DNA of 64,000 bases from Leptospiraceae bacterium. GTDB lineage: Bacteria > Spirochaetota > Leptospiria > Leptospirales > Leptonemataceae. Where the stretch lies: assembly GCA_040217195.1 (NCBI GenBank), contig JAVJNR010000010.1, positions 17,964 to 81,963 on the forward strand, written 5' to 3'. This document shows positions 35,556 through 44,373 of this stretch, one piece after another. The notes under the pieces were generated by a model. The model ran no database searches. It saw nothing but the letters and a program-made list of their open reading frames with translations, and was not told the DNA's origin. How positions within the stretch are numbered: the stretch's first letter is position 1; every line of letters begins with the position of its first letter. A program made the translations under genes and the position numbers.

Positions 35556-36974
35556 ATGAATGGCATTCATATTCTCAAGGCGGCCAACAGAGCCCATCTG
35601 GTCCGCAAAGTCATTACGAATAAGAAAGGCCGCCGCCAGACCGTTTACGTAAACCCGGAACAAGAAAAGTCGAAAGAAAAAGGTCGAGGCCAGTCTGGTA
35701 AGGCATCCGAAAAAAAGACCGGTGACAAGGAAGCCGGATCTTCCCGCCCCAACCAGTCTACCCATAACAAAGAATCTCAACCCAGGAACAACGCGCCCGA
35801 GAAGAGCGGACAGAATAAAGAGGGCACCCGGAAGAAACCGAAAGAACGTAAGTACAAAGACCCGGGGGTTAATCAGATATGGGCTCCTGCCGATGTTGAG
35901 GCAGCCAAGGCCCAGGCATTCTACAACATTGTAACCGACCCGGACATAGGTGATCCGATACCCCGCCCGGGTCGCTGGAATGAGGGGATTCCGGAGGGGA
36001 TGCCCTCCGAAACCTGGGAAGAGCACTTCACCGGCCATCCAGATGAAGGTGGAGAGCCTAAAGAAAGTCGTGAGTTTCTTCACAAAGTAATCAAGCAGAG
36101 ATTTCTTGAAGGGAAACCTTCTGTGCCGTCCGGTGAGAAACCGGTTGCAATAATGATGATGGGTGGCCCGGCATCCGGCAAGTCGACCATGGTTAAGTCC
36201 GCTGGCCTGGGTAGTATGGAGGATTTCGTTGTCGCCGATGCTGACGCAGTGAAGAACATGATTCCGGAATATCGCGTCGGTGTGAACAACCGATTGAAGC
36301 AGGCTGCATCAATGGCACATGAGGAATCCAGCTATCTGGTGAAGCAGATCCGGGAAGAGGCGATCAATGCCCGGAAGAATCTGGTTATTGATGGTACCGG
36401 CTCAAAGACCGCTTCCTACGAAAAGAACATCAAGAAGCTTCGGGACCAGGGATACGAAATCCAACTGATGATGGCAGATACCCCGATGGATGTGGCCCTG
36501 GATCGAGCCAAGCAACGTGCAAGAAAAACCGGCAGATATGTTCCGGATGATGTGCTCAAAGATGCCTATGCAGGGATTCCGAACGGGTTCCAGAAGATCG
36601 CAGAGATGGTTGATTCTGCAGCCATCTATGATACAAACGTGAAGCTGGGAGAGCCTTCACGGCTTGTCTATACAAAGACGAATGCCGCTGAAACCATCCA
36701 TGACTCCGAGCACTATTCGAAGTTCCAGAGTAGGATCGGAAAGTCCTGGCTGTTTCAGATCATCAAGTCCAGACTCTCCCGTGAACAACGAATTGCTGTA
36801 ACGAAGGGAGGAGAAGATATGCAGGAGAAGAAGCAAAAGCGAACCGATGACGAGCTACTACAGGCAATGGCCCGCGACGAATGGGACTTCACCGAAGAAG
36901 AAATGAAACGAATTGAGGCCATGGAAGACGTGGCGGACGAAGGGGAAGGAGTGGAAATGGTAGTGGATGACTGA
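35556..36974 (+). CDS. Zeta-toxin-family P-loop kinase with N-terminal shared motif and acidic C-terminal tail
   Basis: MMMGGPASGKST, DADAVKNMIPEY, AHEESS, NLVIDGT, RARKTGRYVP. Confidence 0.88.
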   Translation: MNGIHILKAANRAHLVRKVITNKKGRRQTVYVNPEQEKSKEKGRGQSGKASEKKTGDKEAGSSRPNQSTHNKESQPRNNAPEKSGQNKEGTRKKPKERKYKDPGVNQIWAPADVEAAKAQAFYNIVTDPDIGDPIPRPGRWNEGIPEGMPSETWEEHFTGHPDEGGEPKESREFLHKVIKQRFLEGKPSVPSGEKPVAIMMMGGPASGKSTMVKSAGLGSMEDFVVADADAVKNMIPEYRVGVNNRLKQAASMAHEESSYLVKQIREEAINARKNLVIDGTGSKTASYEKNIKKLRDQGYEIQLMMADTPMDVALDRAKQRARKTGRYVPDDVLKDAYAGIPNGFQKIAEMVDSAAIYDTNVKLGEPSRLVYTKTNAAETIHDSEHYSKFQSRIGKSWLFQIIKSRLSREQRIAVTKGGEDMQEKKQKRTDDELLQAMARDEWDFTEEEMKRIEAMEDVADEGEGVEMVVDD

Positions 36975-37024
36975 ACCCACTGCCATGGATTTATCCGCTT
37001 GAATGATGGAATAGGTTATCCGAC

Positions 37025-38476
37025 ATGTTTGGTCTTGAAAGCCTTATTAACATACTGAAAGCTCGCGGCGCAGCTCTTGGTGAGATCCACCATTGGGCCA
37101 ATGGCGATTATATGAAAACTCCGCAGGGCTGGAAGGAAGTCAAGAAAGACGTCCGGAAGCATCTGGACAAGCTCACAAAACGTATGGCTCCCGCAGACGA
37201 GAAGGCCCGCGAACACCGCTTCGCCATGGAGGACCTGAAGTCCAGGATTGACGGGATCAAGAGCAAACTCAGCGAGCACCCCGATTCAGATTACTACAAA
37301 AATGAGCTCAAAGAGGCGGAGAAGCGGCTGATTTTCCACAGCGTAAAAGCGGAACAGGTTGGAGGACGTGCCCGGCGCCGGGCCGAGGACTACCTGGATA
37401 AGGTTCGCGAGTACCTGAAAGACCATCACGAAACTCACATAAACGCCAAGTATGCCGATGCACTGAGAACGTTGGATGAACGGATGGCTTCACTTGAAGA
37501 AGGTGGGGATCGTCACAATGAAATAATGGAAAAGCATCGAAAGCTGGTAGGCTCTGAATACGAGGATGAGGACGATGCTGAGTCAGCAGCAGAAGATGAG
37601 ATAGAGATCGAAAGGGAGACGATAGAGGAGAAGCAAACAGACCTTCACGACCTGATCTGGGAGAAGGTTGGAAACCGCCATGACCAGATCGATGACCGGT
37701 TGGACAAACTGTTGGAGGACAGTGCAGACGACACGCGGGAAGCGTTTGAAATGCGCCTGGATGACTTCGAGGAAATCAAAGCCCGCTATCCAACCAGCGT
37801 AGACCGGGATCCGGATACTCCGATGAGCAAGGTAAGGGAGAGAATCCGGAAGAATCTCGGTTTTCGCAAAAGGCTGGCCGACAGACTGAACCTGAAATCC
37901 AATCTGGGCCGAATGCTCGCAGTATTCAAAGCCGGAAACCGGCAGGGTCTTGTGAAGAAGGTCATAACCAATCAGGCAGGCCACCGGCAGACGGTCTGGG
38001 TTCGGCCGGACGAAAGCCCCGGCCCTCGCCCCGTAAAAAAGGATAGTGGCCCATCCTCCAAAAAACCCGGTGCAGGCTCAGTAAAGCGCACAATGGCGCC
38101 CCAGCGCGGCGGAATGCCGTCCAAGAAGCCCATGGCGGCAAAACCGCCCGAAGATCATGTTGTTGTCCAGCAGCGGCATGAGGATTTTGAGAAACGAGCA
38201 CGGGAGCAGCGAAAACGCAAAGGACCCAATGCAAGCGTGGAGTCAGCCGATGCTGGCGATATAGTGCAGATTACCAACCCGAAATCCAGAGTACGCAACC
38301 AGATAGGGAAAGTGGTTCAGAAACTGGAGGACGGATTGAAGGTAATGATGGCCAACGGGATTTTCCAGGACTTCACTTTCGATGAACTGGCCTTCGCGAA
38401 GTCCCGGCCGCTCGGATTTCGACCGGATGGACTGCAGATCCTAAAAGCCCGTATCGAAACCCGATCCGAGAATTGA
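37025..38476 (+). CDS. Putative internal head protein (acidic coiled coil, shared motif, KOW-like C-terminus)
   Basis: LKARGAALGEIHHWANGDYMKTPQGW; RQGLVKKVITNQAGHRQTVWVRPD; GDIVQI...IGKVV. Confidence 0.75.
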   Translation: MFGLESLINILKARGAALGEIHHWANGDYMKTPQGWKEVKKDVRKHLDKLTKRMAPADEKAREHRFAMEDLKSRIDGIKSKLSEHPDSDYYKNELKEAEKRLIFHSVKAEQVGGRARRRAEDYLDKVREYLKDHHETHINAKYADALRTLDERMASLEEGGDRHNEIMEKHRKLVGSEYEDEDDAESAAEDEIEIERETIEEKQTDLHDLIWEKVGNRHDQIDDRLDKLLEDSADDTREAFEMRLDDFEEIKARYPTSVDRDPDTPMSKVRERIRKNLGFRKRLADRLNLKSNLGRMLAVFKAGNRQGLVKKVITNQAGHRQTVWVRPDESPGPRPVKKDSGPSSKKPGAGSVKRTMAPQRGGMPSKKPMAAKPPEDHVVVQQRHEDFEKRAREQRKRKGPNASVESADAGDIVQITNPKSRVRNQIGKVVQKLEDGLKVMMANGIFQDFTFDELAFAKSRPLGFRPDGLQILKARIETRSEN

Positions 38477-38498
38477 CATCAAGCAACTGGCAGAAAAG

Positions 38499-38933
38499 TT
38501 ACCCGGCCTTCTGGATTCTTGCCTGGGCCTCCGCCAGGTGTCGCCTGCGCTCCAGAAAGAGCACCGTACCTCGACCATTGTCGATCTCCGCTTTCCGCAT
38601 CTCTGCCGCAGAAAGAGTTTCCCTCAGCACTTCGATCACTTCGGCCAGATATTCCGCCTCCTGGGCTTCCTGCTCCGCCTGAATCTGCCCAGCAATTTCG
38701 GACTGGTGTGCTTCTGCGATCTGGTATGCGTCCTGGCCATGCTCACGTTTGCGGAATCCCTCTTTGAAATCTCGATCCAGGCTATTCTGGATCAGACGCA
38801 CCGCACGTTCTGATTCGGTCATTTTCATAGTCCGTTTCCCGGCTTCATGGATCCGCAAAAAAAGACTTTCGATCTTTTCCCGGAAATATCTACCAGAAAC
38901 TCTAACCCTCGACTTCGTAGTCTCTGCTTTCAT
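38499..38933 (-). CDS. Hypothetical helical protein (moron)
   Basis: ATG 38933 after GAGGTGG; Glu/Ala-rich helix. Confidence 0.6.
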   Translation of the reverse strand: MKAETTKSRVRVSGRYFREKIESLFLRIHEAGKRTMKMTESERAVRLIQNSLDRDFKEGFRKREHGQDAYQIAEAHQSEIAGQIQAEQEAQEAEYLAEVIEVLRETLSAAEMRKAEIDNGRGTVLFLERRRHLAEAQARIQKAG

Positions 38934-39222
38934 ACCTTTCCACCTCACTCGAATCGTACTCGATCCCGGCCCATTTCAAAGACTGGATCATTACGGGAAG
39001 ATTGAGGGCAATGTGCATTACGAGAGCAAACTCCTCACGGTCTGGATTCCTCAGTATATCAATCCTTCGCCGTCCGGTGACCTCAGACACTTCGAAAATC
39101 GCAGAAGCGATCATATGATCGGTGTCCGGATGACTCTTGAGCCATCGATGGTTCTCACCGCTCCAAAACACGCGCTTGGCACAATAATTTCGGAGATGAA
39201 CCAGGTTTCGGCCTTCTGCCAT
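38902..39222 (-). CDS. Hypothetical protein (moron)
   Basis: GGGAGG RBS before ATG 39222; own sigma70 promoter. Confidence 0.65.
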   Translation of the reverse strand: MAEGRNLVHLRNYCAKRVFWSGENHRWLKSHPDTDHMIASAIFEVSEVTGRRRIDILRNPDREEFALVMHIALNLPVMIQSLKWAGIEYDSSEVERYESRDYEVEG

Positions 39223-39241
39223 CGAATCCTCCCACAAAAAT

Positions 39242-39270
39242 AAAATAGGCGAGCCCGAAACGGTTGTCAA
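39242..39270 (-). promoter_or_regulatory. sigma70 promoter TTGACA-N17-TATTTT
   Basis: Direct reading of minus strand. Confidence 0.7.
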
Positions 39271-39279
39271 CAGTAAATT

Positions 39280-39534
39280 TTACACCGCATCCACGGTGCG
39301 AATTTTTTCGGCGATTTGGACCATTGTGGAGGTTCGAAGTTTCCCCTTTCCAGAACCTTCTCCGCGACGAAGGTTCTGGATATATGCATGAGATACACCC
39401 AGACGATCTGCCGCCTCACGGGTCGAGTATGGTTCCAGGTGAAGGGTAATCCATTCTTGCAGGCGAGTCCGCAGAGACTCCAGCTTTCGCTCTGTAGCAT
39501 CCACTTCTTTCAGGATCTTGTCCAGATCATCCAT
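39280..39534 (-). CDS. XRE-type HTH protein
   Basis: STREAADRLGVSHAYIQNLRRG. Confidence 0.75.
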   Translation of the reverse strand: MDDLDKILKEVDATERKLESLRTRLQEWITLHLEPYSTREAADRLGVSHAYIQNLRRGEGSGKGKLRTSTMVQIAEKIRTVDAV

Positions 39535-39541
39535 CGAGACA

Positions 39542-39570
39542 ATTCTAACAATGACAGGGCACTCCGTAAA
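39542..39570 (-). promoter_or_regulatory. sigma70 promoter TTTACG-N17-TAGAAT, leaderless geometry
   Basis: -10 ends 7 nt before ATG 39534. Confidence 0.6.
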
Positions 39571-39610
39571 CAGTCTTTTTTACAGAGCCCTTGGAGAGCT
39601 TCATTCGTGA

Positions 39611-39635
39611 CCGATAATCAGGAAAGACCCACAAT
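39611..39635 (+). promoter_or_regulatory. Putative late promoter CCGA-N15-CACAAT
   Basis: 31 nt before GTG 39642. Confidence 0.7.
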
Positions 39636-39641
39636 CAGAGT

Positions 39642-40418
39642 GTGGCCGATCCCCGCCCAACAATTCTGACCGTTCATATTGCTCCGCCCGAGAATACGGT
39701 GAAGCTCTGGCTCCAGGGCAATTTGCCTCTGACCGGACTTCGAACACGCAACGTAGATGCGCCTGTAATCAATGGCCACCCACTGTTTGTTGAAGGGATT
39801 TCTGAGTCCGGATTCGACCGCAATTTTCCCCGAGTTGGGGTGGAGTGGACCAGAGATATTCGAGAAGACTATATAGGGCACAATTTCCGCCGTTTTAAGC
39901 CTACCGATCGTTTTCGGGCCGCCCTTCATAACTACACTTCCTCCCTTCCACGTGAATCCCGTGCAGCTCCGGAGGCTGCGGCAGAGGAACTCGGTGAAGC
40001 CGACATCGTCGAAACCTGGCTGCACATGGTTCAATCTGAAGTCATCATTGCTGGCTTCACATCCGGAGGTGCAGGGCGCCCTACTCTCCGCATACTCTAT
40101 GAAACGGTCGAATCGCTGATGGCTCCGATGGCCCAGGATATCATGGAGGCATTCCCCGGAGTCAAAGTTGATATCGATGAAACCCATGAGGTGAACATTA
40201 CCTCGAACCAATTCGCAAGCCCCGTCTGGGGATTCGAGATTCCGATCAAACTCCGCCAACCGCGCAGAGTCTTCCGCAAAAAGCCAGCCCACCTCTTCCC
40301 CGATATTACGGGCTTTGATATACACATGGAAGATAGCCGCACGGTTTTCAAGACCCGAGGGCTATTCGACTTCGATGCTGGGTACAGCGTCGTTCAAGGA
40401 GAATCCAATGGCCAGTGA
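39642..40418 (+). CDS. Tail terminator/completion-type protein
   Basis: Immediately upstream of sheath; NFPRVGVE. Confidence 0.55.
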   Translation: MADPRPTILTVHIAPPENTVKLWLQGNLPLTGLRTRNVDAPVINGHPLFVEGISESGFDRNFPRVGVEWTRDIREDYIGHNFRRFKPTDRFRAALHNYTSSLPRESRAAPEAAAEELGEADIVETWLHMVQSEVIIAGFTSGGAGRPTLRILYETVESLMAPMAQDIMEAFPGVKVDIDETHEVNITSNQFASPVWGFEIPIKLRQPRRVFRKKPAHLFPDITGFDIHMEDSRTVFKTRGLFDFDAGYSVVQGESNGQ

Positions 40419-40629
40419 GCAGAAGGCGGAGCAGGCGCAGGACAAACCCAGGGAACCTGCGAAGCAAACAGCGAAGCGGCGCAAATACCCGCCCATGGAG
40501 CAATTCCTGACGGACCTTGAAAAGAAAAAAGGTCCGATCCCGGCCAAAGTAAAGGAAGTATTCCGCGCCCGTTGCGGATCCCGCAAGGACTTCGAAGCCG
40601 TATGGGCCGAACTCTGGAGAGGTAAGTAA
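40408..40629 (+). CDS. Small hypothetical protein before sheath
   Basis: AAGGAG RBS; TAATG coupling to sheath. Confidence 0.6.
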   Translation: MASEQKAEQAQDKPREPAKQTAKRRKYPPMEQFLTDLEKKKGPIPAKVKEVFRARCGSRKDFEAVWAELWRGK

Positions 40630-42404
40630 TGCCAACAAGAACAGTAGAATTTTTAGGACGCGGATTCATTGTTCCAGGATCTTACTCCGCATTCCGCGCC
40701 AAACCACAGTCCGGCGGCATCTCTCCGGACTTCAATACGCAAATACTGATCGGCGAAGCGAACAACGGTTGGAACGCCCTGGATACCAGCCTTCCCATGC
40801 TCAAGCGAGTGATGGAATTCACTTCCTTTGAGGAAGCCAAGCAGGTTCTGGTTTCCGGTCCGCTACTCGATGCCATCAAAGCTGCCTTCTCTCCTTCCAG
40901 GGATAGCAGATTCGCCGGTGGTCCGTTGCTTATTCGAGCACTGAATCTGGCGGTCAATACCAGGGCCTCCGCAAGTCTGGATAACACCGCTGCGTCCCAA
41001 TACTCCGCTAAGTATGTTACTCCCGGTCCCCGGGGCAATGAGTCTCGAATCAGGATCTCGGCTGCAGGCGATTCAGTAGAGGTCGGCGACTCCAATGGCA
41101 TCCAATCTGCTACCGGCCTCGATGCCCAGGATATTACAATCACATACAGCGGAGACGCTACCACAGCAGAGCTTTCCTTTGATGGATCCAACCTTACAAC
41201 AACTCTCACCGGCCAGACCGATGGGACCGAAAACCTTGATATTCCGGTCGATAGCGTTCCAACCCTGGCCGACCTGGCCGTCCGCATCAATTCGATGGCC
41301 GGTTACAATGCCGTTGTCGATAGTTCACCGGATATTCTCACCAGAAACCTGGACCATGTAAGTGGAGTCGATGCCAAGGCCGGGGCAGTGATTAAGGCCC
41401 TGCTCTACCGGCAGGAACAGGTTCTATTCAATCTCGGAAACATTGAGCTGGAGGTTACCGGAGCCAGGGAGCCCCTGGCGGATACGGTAGGATTCATATA
41501 CCTCTCTGGTGGAGCATCGACTGCAGCCCAGCCCACGGACTACACAGATGCAATCGATATGCTGGAGAAGGTTCGAGGCTTCTTCATCAACCTCTGTTCC
41601 ACCAATCAAGGTGCCGGGGCTTATCTCACGGATTTCATCATCAAGTCCAACGGACCGGAAGGAGCCGATGAACGGTTCGGAGGATTCGGAGCCGACCGTA
41701 CCGACGATTTCACTACCCGGTGCGACAACGCAAAGCAGATCAACAGCGAATACATGGTCTACGGCCTTTCCCCGGTAACTGTTCGAGGGGCAGACGGTAT
41801 CACCACAAAGACCTATGATGGATGGCTCCTGGCAGTAATCCACAATGCAATCAAAGCATCCTCAAACATGCGGGAATCCGCCCTCTACAAGGATCTGAAC
41901 ATTGAAGATGCGCCGGAGATCCCTGGAACCGGGGACATCCGCAGAGCCATCCGGTCTGGAGGCCTTGTTGTGGATCGCAAACCGAACAATGGTCCATTCA
42001 AGATCAAATCGGACGTCACCACCTATCAAGCAACAAATCAGATCCTGAACAAAGCATCAACCACATGCACGGCCCTCGCCCTGAACAAGGACCTGCGAGA
42101 ATCTCTTCAGGATGCCTTTCTCGGTGAAGTACCAACGGATCCGGATGCCTTCGGGACAACTCTCACGGATTCAGACATTCGCACTTTCATCGAGCTGAAA
42201 TTCGACCAGGACTACGTCCGGAACTTCGGATGGCTAACCCGTAACGTATATACCGGTCAGCCAGCGTGGAGGCGCGACTTCCTTATCAGGCGCGACGGCA
42301 ACGCAATCTACTTCGAGTTCCCGGACGGGAAGCTCGTCACGTCGCTCGATTACATTTTCAGCCTGCTCAATCTGGACGTTGTCCGGGGGAGCGCGCAATC
42401 ATAA
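40629..42404 (+). CDS. Contractile tail sheath protein
   Basis: 591 aa; IVPGSYS, ILIGEANNG, FEEAKQVL.SGPLLDAI, LSGG, DVTTY. Confidence 0.9.
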   Translation: MPTRTVEFLGRGFIVPGSYSAFRAKPQSGGISPDFNTQILIGEANNGWNALDTSLPMLKRVMEFTSFEEAKQVLVSGPLLDAIKAAFSPSRDSRFAGGPLLIRALNLAVNTRASASLDNTAASQYSAKYVTPGPRGNESRIRISAAGDSVEVGDSNGIQSATGLDAQDITITYSGDATTAELSFDGSNLTTTLTGQTDGTENLDIPVDSVPTLADLAVRINSMAGYNAVVDSSPDILTRNLDHVSGVDAKAGAVIKALLYRQEQVLFNLGNIELEVTGAREPLADTVGFIYLSGGASTAAQPTDYTDAIDMLEKVRGFFINLCSTNQGAGAYLTDFIIKSNGPEGADERFGGFGADRTDDFTTRCDNAKQINSEYMVYGLSPVTVRGADGITTKTYDGWLLAVIHNAIKASSNMRESALYKDLNIEDAPEIPGTGDIRRAIRSGGLVVDRKPNNGPFKIKSDVTTYQATNQILNKASTTCTALALNKDLRESLQDAFLGEVPTDPDAFGTTLTDSDIRTFIELKFDQDYVRNFGWLTRNVYTGQPAWRRDFLIRRDGNAIYFEFPDGKLVTSLDYIFSLLNLDVVRGSAQS

Positions 42405-42432
42405 GGCCCTGTAGCCACTGGAGGAATAATAA

Positions 42433-42867
42433 ATGCCAGCACCCAAACTTGAAAATCCAGAGGTCCTCACTGGCTGTGATGTAACCATCAAGATGAACGG
42501 ATCCCCGGTCGGTTTCGGGAAGAACGTCGACATCGAAGAGAACGTAAACCAGCAACCCGTGGAGGCCATCGGCTACTGGAAGCCACGGGGATTCAAATCG
42601 ACCCGCTGGGATGGCACCCTGTCCATGGAATTTCACATCCTGACCAAAAGGGGGACCGAGGGGGTAATACCGATCGATACCAGTTCCCCAACGGCCGCTT
42701 CCGCAGGCTTCTTCATGGAGTTCAACGAAAAGTCCACGGGAAAGCGTGTGGCAACTGCAATCGGGCATATCAATACCAGGGGATTTAACATCTCCAACAA
42801 TGAACTGTCTGGCCAGCGTTGCCAGTTCGTCCTCCGGGATATCGACTACAAGGAAGGCTATAACTAA
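42433..42867 (+). CDS. Tail tube protein
   Basis: 144 aa after sheath; PVEAIGYW.. Confidence 0.85.
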   Translation: MPAPKLENPEVLTGCDVTIKMNGSPVGFGKNVDIEENVNQQPVEAIGYWKPRGFKSTRWDGTLSMEFHILTKRGTEGVIPIDTSSPTAASAGFFMEFNEKSTGKRVATAIGHINTRGFNISNNELSGQRCQFVLRDIDYKEGYN

Positions 42868-43481
42868 TGCATCAGAACATTCTGAACCCAAAACGTGACT
42901 TCACTATCACCGTCCAGGGCTACACTCTGTTCGGGCTGATCCCGCTGCCCAAAGAAGAGTTGGCCATCGATCTTAATGTATCCCGAAGACTTGAGGGCCA
43001 GCCACTCCAGAGTATCCCGAACCAGACCTATCAATACGTTTTGATGGCAGAAACCCTGAACGTTGCCATCCGAGAAAAACCGGAGGCACTGGCCAATCTA
43101 ACCGACTGGATGGACTTTCCAGACCCGGAATTCGTGACAGAGGCCTATGAGCAATACATCAAGAAGCAGTCCGAGTTCTATGCGGGGTTAAAAAAAAATA
43201 GTGGGGGAGGATCTACAGAAACACCTGTACAACCCGAACGTAATGATGGACCTGTTCATCCTCAACCGGTACAAAACTCTCCCGTCCAGCCAGGGACTGG
43301 ACAACCTGTATCCGGATCAGAAGTGGTTCCTGATCGCGGCGGAGTCCCTGCTGGGGGACATGTCCAGCATAACCAATCGAGCCCAGGCTTCCCTGCGTCT
43401 CCAAATGTTAGAGTCCCTCAAGGATCCCCTGGAAATCCTGCCGAAGGGCATGGCCAGCAGTATCTCCCGGGCGGGAATTGA
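42867..43481 (+). CDS. Tail assembly chaperone (G-like); true 3' end depends on the A9 run at 43190-43198
   Basis: Follows tube; ...FYAGLKK then low-complexity P/Q/G extension. Confidence 0.65.
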   Translation: MHQNILNPKRDFTITVQGYTLFGLIPLPKEELAIDLNVSRRLEGQPLQSIPNQTYQYVLMAETLNVAIREKPEALANLTDWMDFPDPEFVTEAYEQYIKKQSEFYAGLKKNSGGGSTETPVQPERNDGPVHPQPVQNSPVQPGTGQPVSGSEVVPDRGGVPAGGHVQHNQSSPGFPASPNVRVPQGSPGNPAEGHGQQYLPGGN

Positions 43482-43557
43482 TCCCCTCCAGGAGGGCTTG
43501 AATAAGATAGAGCTGCAGAAGGAGGCCCTTCAGAAGCAGCTGAGGGGCGATGATTAG
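43192..43557 (+). CDS. Tail assembly chaperone T-like segment (+1 frame)
   Basis: Protein-like DLFILNRYKTLPS...DQKWFL; frame opens right after TAA at 43189, within the A9 run. Confidence 0.6.
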   Translation, partial: KKIVGEDLQKHLYNPNVMMDLFILNRYKTLPSSQGLDNLYPDQKWFLIAAESLLGDMSSITNRAQASLRLQMLESLKDPLEILPKGMASSISRAGIDPLQEGLNKIELQKEALQKQLRGDD

Positions 43558-43635
43558 TTTCAGTTGCTTGGTTTCAGAAGCCGGTAATGCTGTTTCATCA
43601 ATCCAGACAAGCGCATGGATGAATGCCGAGATTGA

Positions 43636-44316
43636 TTAGGGATTAGAAATCCTCTCCAGATCCTTCGCGATTTCCTGCTGAGTGGAGTATTTGTCTGCGC
43701 GGATTCGATCGATTACATCAGTAACAGTCGCAGGCTCGTTTCTTTCCTTCTCATTCTCGGGATCACTCGCCTTGCCAGACGGCACACTTTCAAGGGACAA
43801 AATCTTGGCTTTCAGTATATGGGCATCTTCCTTGTTGATTACCTCTATCTTGTCCAGGTCTACTTCAAGAACTTCTATCGTAGCTTGCAGGACCGAATCG
43901 TCATCCCTTGCGGCCCATTCCTCTAATCTCATCTGAACAGACCGAGGTGTGCGTTCAGATGCAGAAAAACGATCTGGGAAGAAAGTACTATAGCTTGTTT
44001 CTGCTTCCACATACCAGCCGAAGGCATCATCGCACCTCAAAACCAACCCGCCGCTACCGGAATAATGGAAAGGATTTGCCTTAGTTGATTTGATTTGAAT
44101 CCCCGGCCGGAGCAATTCAGAAAAGGCTTTATTGGCTTGCTTCGCGACCTCTGCTGCCCGTAATTTGAGCCCTTCGCCGGATAGATCGCGCTTCTCTTCC
44201 ATGATCGGGGCAAGGACCGAACAAATTCGGTCTGTAGTCAGCACTTCTGGTCGCTGGGCCAGAATCGAGGATCCCGATACACAGAGTGCCAGAAAGACAT
44301 TTGCTACAACTCGCAT
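43636..44316 (-). CDS. Secreted/periplasmic protein with signal peptide (moron)
   Basis: MRVVANVFLALCVSGSSILA|Q; GGAG RBS; lower GC. Confidence 0.65.
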   Translation of the reverse strand: MRVVANVFLALCVSGSSILAQRPEVLTTDRICSVLAPIMEEKRDLSGEGLKLRAAEVAKQANKAFSELLRPGIQIKSTKANPFHYSGSGGLVLRCDDAFGWYVEAETSYSTFFPDRFSASERTPRSVQMRLEEWAARDDDSVLQATIEVLEVDLDKIEVINKEDAHILKAKILSLESVPSGKASDPENEKERNEPATVTDVIDRIRADKYSTQQEIAKDLERISNP

Positions 44317-44373
44317 GCGTTGATACTCTCCGGAATCCTTTGTATTTCAACCATTTTGTCATGCGCCAGACAA

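Noticed and set aside
35319..36083. 254-aa hydrophobic - strand ORF
   Set aside because: Mirror of the Lys/Glu-rich Zeta N-terminus; crosses a promoter region
36995..37019. Late promoter copy before the 37025 gene
   Set aside because: Only CCGC at the expected 30-nt distance; too degenerate to list
39618..40325. 235-aa - strand ORF
   Set aside because: Antisense to the promoter-supported 39642 gene
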